This document shows, piece by piece, positions 13,983-20,000 of a stretch of 20,000 bases of DNA. The DNA comes from an uncultured virus (IMG/VR IMGVR_UViG_3300030294_000815) (Duplodnaviria; Heunggongvirae; Uroviricota; Caudoviricetes), in the IMG/VR virus record IMGVR_UViG_3300030294_000815. One strand, 5' to 3'. The translations under genes and the position numbers were made by a program. Every line of letters starts with the position of its first letter. The first letter of the stretch is position 1. The notes below the pieces were generated by a model. The model saw nothing but the letters and a program-made list of their open reading frames with translations, had not been told where the DNA came from and ran no database searches.

Positions 13983-16391
13983 TTATGTTTTACTATTATC
14001 TGCTAAAAATTTCATTGCTTCTGCTTCTAGAATAGGACAGCTAAAGATATAGCCTTGAATAATATCACAATCCTTATCTAATAAATATTCTAATTGTGCC
14101 TTGGTCTCCACACCTTCAGCAACAACCTTCATATTAATTGCATGTGCCATATTGATAACAGAGGCAATAATTTTTGCTCCTTGCACATCGGTTGTTATCA
14201 TATCAATAAAAGACTTATCTATTTTAACCGTTTCGACGGGCAATTGCCTTAAATAAGTCAACGACGAAAAACCTGTACCAAAATCATCCAAAGATAACTT
14301 TACACCAAATTTCCTAAGATGAACAAGCTTACCTATAGCATCATCCATCGACTGAATCAATACACTTTCGGTTATTTCAAGTTCAAGCTGTTGTGGATCA
14401 ATACCGGCTGCATTAACAGCATTGCAAACACTAGCAATAAAATCATCAACCACGATTTGTTTTGAAGATATATTCACAGCAACACGTATATCCGCTCCAC
14501 CTTGTGCTGACAAACGTCTGGCAAATTGACAAGATTCACTCAAGACCCACATGCCGATCCTATTTATCAGGCCAGATTGCTCTGCTAGTGGAATGAATTG
14601 CATTGGCGGCACATTTCCATATTCCGGACTATTCCAACGTAAAAGAACCTCAAACCCAATCAGTTTTCGATCAATCGCAGAAATTTGTGGTTGATAAACA
14701 AGCGAAAGTTCATTTCGCTCCAATGCATACCGCAAACTACCTGTCAGTCGCATTGTTTCATAAGCATCTATTTGCATCTGCCCTGTATAAAAGCGCCAAC
14801 AGTCCTTGCTTTCTTTTTTTGCTGCATACATTGCATTGTCCACATTTTTAAGAAGTTCTTCCGCGTTATCGCCATCATCAGGATAAAAAGCTATACCAAT
14901 GCTGGCTGTCATATGAAACTGTCCGCCAAAAATCTCTTGTTCTTTCCCGATAGACTTGCTAATCTGTTGAACAAGTTTTCGAACATTTTCTCGATCATAC
15001 ATTCCTGGCAAAATAACAACAAACTCATCCCCGCCAATGCGAGAAACAAATGCATTTTCACCCGCTCTGTCACGTATCCGAGTGCCTGCAGTATAAATAA
15101 TCTTGTCTCCATACGAATGACCATACGTATCATTTATCATCTTTAAATCATCTAAGTCAATGAATAAAATAGAACCTATCGATTTGCCGGAGCGAGCTCC
15201 TTCCATTTCATTTTCCAACCATTCATTTAAAGAGTGCCTATTTGCCAGCCCTGTCAATGAATCAAAATAAGCCATATGCTGGATGGTTTGCTCCTGTCTT
15301 TTCCGTTCCGCCTCAACTTGCAGCACTTCGGTTATATCTTGATTCGTACCATAAATCTTTATACTTTGCCCCTTCGCATCTTTGATAGTACTACGTCGAA
15401 CAAGAATGTTGCGCACTACACCATCCCGGCGAATGATACGATGTTCTACGTCCTGAATCGGGAAGTTACCACCAGACAAATAAATTTGTCGTTCGCCTTC
15501 GAACATCCAAATATCGTCTGGATGCACGAACTCTTTAACATAAGTTTCAAATGGCATAAATTGACCTTCACGAGCTATATTCGTACCATAAACAGCATAA
15601 AATTCATCGTTGAAGTGATATAGTTTTGTCCCTAAATCGTATTCCCATACACCTAAATTAGCCAAACCAGCCGCCAAAATCATCATATTCCTACTATCTA
15701 ATAATACTGTCTCCAACTGCTTACGTTCTACAATTTCAGTATGTAAAGAATCTAGTAATACTGCATTGCCTAAAGCAAACGAGGCCAGATCCGCAAAACG
15801 TTGAAACAAAGATAATTCATCTTCCGATAAAACCCGCTCTGGCTCAGAAAAAGCCAGTCCGATCGCACCAATCATTTTATCTTTGTTCTTTAGCGGAACT
15901 AAGGCAAAGTAATATATCGTATCAAAGATAGGATTTTCTAACCGATGCGGCCAGTTATTATAATTCTCGACAATAGAAATGGTTCCTGTTCTATAGGCTT
16001 GTCCAATAAGCCCTTCCGTAATCATGCCTTCTTTAGCGAGCTCGTTAAAAACCCCCGTCCCGATTGTCACTGTATAGGTCTGTATTTCTTCATTCACCAA
16101 GTATACGAACCTATTTGGCACACCGAAAAGATCTTGAACCCCATCCATTATTTTTTGCAATACATCATCATGCCTTAGGTCAGACATAAGATTGATGGCT
16201 ATATCATGTAATAAATTAAGTACTGTATTTTGTCGATAAATTGCTTCTTCTTTTACTAATAATTCATCAAACTGTTGATGCAATTCTTCCTCAGAAGCAG
16301 TAAGTTCTTCATAGGCTGTCAAAAGTTCTTCATTTAACAAATCATTTGTCTTGATCTCATTTGTATCCTTTATATTACACATTGTTGTCAC
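13983..16391 (-). CDS. GAF-PAS-GGDEF-EAL c-di-GMP signalling protein
   Basis: N-terminal EELTASEEEL coil, GAF, PAS/PAC (GVWEYD...VHPDD...QDIT), DSLTGLANR, intact GGDEF without an RxxD I-site, EVL, DDFGTGFSSL, KIDKSF, AEGVET, QGY. Confidence 0.95.
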   Translation of the reverse strand: MTTMCNIKDTNEIKTNDLLNEELLTAYEELTASEEELHQQFDELLVKEEAIYRQNTVLNLLHDIAINLMSDLRHDDVLQKIMDGVQDLFGVPNRFVYLVNEEIQTYTVTIGTGVFNELAKEGMITEGLIGQAYRTGTISIVENYNNWPHRLENPIFDTIYYFALVPLKNKDKMIGAIGLAFSEPERVLSEDELSLFQRFADLASFALGNAVLLDSLHTEIVERKQLETVLLDSRNMMILAAGLANLGVWEYDLGTKLYHFNDEFYAVYGTNIAREGQFMPFETYVKEFVHPDDIWMFEGERQIYLSGGNFPIQDVEHRIIRRDGVVRNILVRRSTIKDAKGQSIKIYGTNQDITEVLQVEAERKRQEQTIQHMAYFDSLTGLANRHSLNEWLENEMEGARSGKSIGSILFIDLDDLKMINDTYGHSYGDKIIYTAGTRIRDRAGENAFVSRIGGDEFVVILPGMYDRENVRKLVQQISKSIGKEQEIFGGQFHMTASIGIAFYPDDGDNAEELLKNVDNAMYAAKKESKDCWRFYTGQMQIDAYETMRLTGSLRYALERNELSLVYQPQISAIDRKLIGFEVLLRWNSPEYGNVPPMQFIPLAEQSGLINRIGMWVLSESCQFARRLSAQGGADIRVAVNISSKQIVVDDFIASVCNAVNAAGIDPQQLELEITESVLIQSMDDAIGKLVHLRKFGVKLSLDDFGTGFSSLTYLRQLPVETVKIDKSFIDMITTDVQGAKIIASVINMAHAINMKVVAEGVETKAQLEYLLDKDCDIIQGYIFSCPILEAEAMKFLADNSKT

Positions 16392-16490
16392 CCCCTATTG
16401 TTTCACGGCACTTTCTCGGATGATATCCAACCTTTATATTTATATTGTCCATGCATATTATACATATTATAAACATTTAAAGATATTTAA

Positions 16491-16519
16491 ATCTTACAGG
16501 GGCAAGAAGCAATTGTCAA
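16491..16519 (-). promoter_or_regulatory. Sigma-A promoter for the GGDEF/EAL gene
   Basis: TTGACA (16519-16514)-N17-TAAGAT (16496-16491). Confidence 0.65.
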
Positions 16520-16589
16520 TCTGTAAATATAATGAAGAATAGTAATAAAAATTACAGCAAAAAAAATTTTTATATTTATAATTATTCAC

Positions 16590-18104
16590 TCACCGACCTA
16601 ATTTATGCAATAAATCTTTTTGTTTTTCCGACTGCTGTTTATAAATTTCAAAATTTTCTTGGTTTGGAATATATGTATTGGTTATTTTCAAATTATTAGC
16701 AAGCATCTTCATTAAATCTCGATTTTCATCCACAGCACACGCCGCAATGATAGAATTGGTTCGTACTGCACCGCTAGCCGTCTCTAATGTAATAGCCTCA
16801 CTATTCATAACATCCGCTTTAATCTGATTCCAAAGTGGGTCGCGACTGCCACCTTCCGTAATGGTAATTCGATCAATTTTGATTCCAGATTGACGATATG
16901 TATCCGTAATTTCTCGATAATCATAAGCAATCGCTTCTAGAACAGCTCGCCATAAGACAAATTGGTTGGTATCAAGTGTCAGGTTTAAGAAACAGCCTTT
17001 AACACTCGAAAATTCATCATAACCACCCGTCAGGTACGGCAAAAAAATCACATCATTACAGCCCGGAGTCACCTTAGCCGCCCCTTGACTTAACGTTTCA
17101 TAATAATGGTCATTTTCAGCTTGCTGACAGATACTGTCTTTAAACCAACGCAGTGCGAGTCCCCCAGTCCTGACAAAGCCCCAATAAAAATAAGTGTTTT
17201 CTAATGTACCACTATTAAAAATCAGACCACTACCTTTACGGCTTAACTCTGGAATAATTCCATTCGTCGAAACACAGAACATGGCACAGGTTCCCGCAAC
17301 ATCCACTGCTTTATTGGCTTCAAAAACACCGCTGCCAAGCATAGACTGCATCGTATCACCAGCTCCAGCACAGATCGGTATCCCCTCCGACAGCCCAGTT
17401 TCACAAGCTGCTTCAGCCGATAAAGTACCAATAATGTCCCAAGGTTTTACGATTTTAGGCATATAATTTTTGTTAATTTCCAATATTTCTAACTGCTCAT
17501 TGGACCATTCTTTTTTATATACGTTATAGCCCAACCCCCAGCCTGACATAGACCCCCAATCAATAAAAGCATCTTCACTCTTGAGCCCAGCTAAATTAAG
17601 CAGTATATATGGAGCATTATGAACAAACTTTTTTCCTTTAGCCTGAAATTCTTTATTATGAGTTAATAACCACCGCGCATGCAAGGCTGGAAACATACAT
17701 AATGGCTCAGCATTGCCCGTTTCTTTACCCCAAAGTTCAAGTTTAAGGTCTTGCAGCGTTGCCGCATCACTTTGTGTTCGTGAATCTAAATAATTGATAT
17801 AAGGTGTAATAGCCTGACCATTCTCATCAATCCCAACAATTCCGCAAATAATGCCATCCCCCATAATGACCTTAATGAGCCTCGGATCAATCCCACGTTT
17901 ATTTAAGTGCCCCACGCACTGTTTCATGCCCAGTTTAGCCAAATCAAGATATTCATTCGCATTCATATCAACCCACCCAGCTTGTGGATAGGTCAAAGTC
18001 GTTTGATTGGATACCTGCACGATACAATCCATATTTTCATCATATACTGCTACTTTTACACTTTGTGTTCCGGCATCAAAACTGAGATAGTATTGTTCCG
18101 CCAT
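16590..18104 (-). CDS. FGGY-family carbohydrate kinase (xylulokinase-like; substrate uncertain)
   Basis: FDAGTQSVK, YLDSRT, GAGD, FLPYLTG, RAVLEAIAY, EGGSR...WNQIKADV. Start set at ATG 18104 (GGAGG 8 nt upstream) instead of the track's 18119. Confidence 0.9.
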   Translation of the reverse strand: MAEQYYLSFDAGTQSVKVAVYDENMDCIVQVSNQTTLTYPQAGWVDMNANEYLDLAKLGMKQCVGHLNKRGIDPRLIKVIMGDGIICGIVGIDENGQAITPYINYLDSRTQSDAATLQDLKLELWGKETGNAEPLCMFPALHARWLLTHNKEFQAKGKKFVHNAPYILLNLAGLKSEDAFIDWGSMSGWGLGYNVYKKEWSNEQLEILEINKNYMPKIVKPWDIIGTLSAEAACETGLSEGIPICAGAGDTMQSMLGSGVFEANKAVDVAGTCAMFCVSTNGIIPELSRKGSGLIFNSGTLENTYFYWGFVRTGGLALRWFKDSICQQAENDHYYETLSQGAAKVTPGCNDVIFLPYLTGGYDEFSSVKGCFLNLTLDTNQFVLWRAVLEAIAYDYREITDTYRQSGIKIDRITITEGGSRDPLWNQIKADVMNSEAITLETASGAVRTNSIIAACAVDENRDLMKMLANNLKITNTYIPNQENFEIYKQQSEKQKDLLHKLGR

Positions 18105-18283
18105 TTGCCAAGCCTCCAACTCTTTATAATAAAAATTTCTTCATGCTATCTAAAATCTATTACATAAATTCGCCAAAACAGGGTTATATTCCTATCTGGT
18201 CTCAATTAATATGTTTTCAAAAAACTTCCATAAATGACGATAGCACTATCTCAAATTGAAGACGTATTGTCCTTTTAAGGCAT

Positions 18284-18314
18284 AAAAAAACGCCCCATAT
18301 TAAAATGAAGCGTC
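18284..18314 (-). terminator. Rho-independent terminator after the aminotransferase
   Basis: Minus strand GACGCTTCAT-TTTAAT-ATGGGGCGTT followed by a T-run. Confidence 0.75.
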
Positions 18315-18409
18315 TATTTTAAAGAATTTACCTCTGAAATTTTAAGCATATCAAAAAATGCTTACGCACTTTTCCATCGCTAGCATACAACCATCCCGAA
18401 TACAGCCCC

Positions 18410-19603
18410 TCAAATCTTCCTGAGTTTTTCTATCCCCTGCAATCGTTCTATGGCATCACGCAACGTAGATAATTTTTTGCAAAATGCAAAACGAAGCCAT
18501 ATGCGCTCTGCTGAATATGTATGATAGAACCCTGATAAAGGTACAGCGGCTACACCCAATTTAGCTATGAGTTCCTTTACAAATTCGACATCATTTTTCC
18601 AACCTAAATAAGAAAAATCTGCTAATAAAAAATAACCACCTTGGCTTGCCAAGAAAGGGATTCCAATATTTTTAAAAGCATTTATAAGGTAATTACGGCG
18701 CTCGGTATAATCTTTACGAAGATCTTTATAGTACGTAGCCGGAGCAGTTACGCCCTGTATAATTCCTTGTTGCAGCGGCGCCGGACTGCTAATGGTAAGA
18801 TAATTATGTGCCATACGGATTCCTTCTGTAAGCCAAGCTGGAGCAACAATGTAACCTAAGCGCCAGCCAGTAACACTATACGTTTTAGAAAATCCATTAA
18901 GTACAATCACTTGATTCTCCATTTCCGGTTGTAACCAGATTCTTGGCAATGGACAGTTGTCAAAACAAATTTCATCATATATTTCATCGGTAATCACCAA
19001 AAGATTGTATCGTTTGCAAATATCAACAATATGATCTACCTCTTCTTGATCAAAAATACGCCCCGTTGGATTATGCGGTGAATTAAATATAATGGCTTTT
19101 GTTTTATTCGTCACAGCATTTTCAATTGCTTTTTTATCAATTCGAAAATCTGGAAGTGTAAGCGATACATAGACCGGTTTCCCACCAAACAACTCCACAT
19201 CCGGTCCATAAATCGTAAATGCCGGTTCTAATATAATCACTTCATCACCAGGATTCAATATCGCCAATAGCGTCGCTGCCATCGCCTCTGTAACACCACA
19301 GCAAATGGTAATTTCTGTTTCCGGATTATAATATATGCCATGTTTCTTATCGATTTTTTTTGAAATTTCTATTCGCAGTTCTTCATTTCCCTGCATAAGT
19401 GCATATTGATTGCACTCCTCATGAATGGCTTTAATCGCTGCCTCTTTTACACAAGCAGGTGCCGAAAAATCAGGTACACCACCTGCTAAATCAATCGCCT
19501 CATAGCGTTTGACCAACGAGGCAATCTTTCTAAAAACTGGTAATTGCAAACCAGTAATTTTATTTGATAGTATACCTTCGATTTTCTGTGTAACTGCAGT
19601 CAT
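18410..19603 (-). CDS. PLP-dependent class I/II aminotransferase (YbdL/kynurenine aminotransferase-like)
   Basis: NSPHNPTG, TDEIY, FSKTYSVTGWRLGY (PLP lysine), LRFAFCK. Confidence 0.93.
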   Translation of the reverse strand: MTAVTQKIEGILSNKITGLQLPVFRKIASLVKRYEAIDLAGGVPDFSAPACVKEAAIKAIHEECNQYALMQGNEELRIEISKKIDKKHGIYYNPETEITICCGVTEAMAATLLAILNPGDEVIILEPAFTIYGPDVELFGGKPVYVSLTLPDFRIDKKAIENAVTNKTKAIIFNSPHNPTGRIFDQEEVDHIVDICKRYNLLVITDEIYDEICFDNCPLPRIWLQPEMENQVIVLNGFSKTYSVTGWRLGYIVAPAWLTEGIRMAHNYLTISSPAPLQQGIIQGVTAPATYYKDLRKDYTERRNYLINAFKNIGIPFLASQGGYFLLADFSYLGWKNDVEFVKELIAKLGVAAVPLSGFYHTYSAERIWLRFAFCKKLSTLRDAIERLQGIEKLRKI

Positions 19604-19650
19604 ATTTCGCCTCCAAAATTATTTTTTCAATACGCTAGCCACCAACTATT

Positions 19651-20000
19651 TCATTTATCAGAAATCGGTAATTCTTTATCATATTCATGACTCCAAAACG
19701 AACTAACATCAATATTCGTTTTAAGCACGCCCACTTCCAAAAATTGTTTTACAATATCTTGCTGAGAATCGATTGCTTTTTGTGAAACAGCCACTATTTT
19801 ATCCGGTGACTGTGCCATGCCTTCTTTAAAAGTAGCCAATGCTTGATCATAAGGTTGATGTGTATTGTCTGCAATAATCTGCGCCCATTTTTCTGGATTA
19901 TTACGAGTCCATTCATACGCCTTATTGATTCTTGTTAAATAATCTGCAATTGCCCCTCGCTTTCCAGTATCACTTAAAGCCGAAATTGAGGCCTCTACGG
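19651..20000 (-). CDS. ABC transporter substrate-binding protein, SsuA/NitT/TauT-like (5' partial)
   Basis: Frame is open to the right edge: ...ALSDTGKRGAIADYLTRINKAYEWTRNNPEKWAQII...SQQDIVKQFLEVGVLKTNIDVSSFW, typical of the SsuA-family C-terminus. Confidence 0.75.
   Translation of the reverse strand, partial: VEASISALSDTGKRGAIADYLTRINKAYEWTRNNPEKWAQIIADNTHQPYDQALATFKEGMAQSPDKIVAVSQKAIDSQQDIVKQFLEVGVLKTNIDVSSFWSHEYDKELPISDK

Noticed and set aside
13983..20000. Host genes as phage cargo or a novel system
   Set aside because: They lie on the host side of the tRNA att site and belong to common families with intact standard motifs.
1..20000. CRISPR array, reverse transcriptase, IS element or intron
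   Set aside because: No regularly spaced repeats, RT or transposase motifs, or intron-like interruptions were seen by eye.

Overview
About 1-13.8 kb is the right-hand end of a temperate prophage in a low-GC Firmicute, possibly a Negativicute (lineage is inference only). It sits at the 3' end of a tRNA-Val(GAC) gene (13790-13866, minus strand). From the tRNA inward: a tyrosine integrase, a CI-like repressor whose S24 domain appears to have lost its autocleavage residues, a divergent switch with TGTACA-N5-TGTACA operator-like repeats, and a long leftward early operon. That operon encodes an Xis-like HTH protein, a Rad50/SbcC ATPase split at the zinc hook, an SbcD/Mre11 nuclease, a RecU-like resolvase, an SF2 helicase, an HD hydrolase and a possible SSB. 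It ends in a large AEP primase + PriL-CTD-like Cys cluster + MCM helicase fusion that runs off the left edge and is missing from the ORF track. Inside the operon, 2899-3048 folds into an enlarged tRNA-shaped five-arm RNA (8-bp acceptor-like stem, 5-bp T-arm, no CCA), the most novel-looking element here. Right of the tRNA are ordinary host genes: a GAF-PAS-GGDEF-EAL protein, an FGGY sugar kinase, a class I/II aminotransferase and the C-terminus of an SsuA-like ABC substrate-binding protein. All calls come from reading motifs by eye; no database search or folding program was run.
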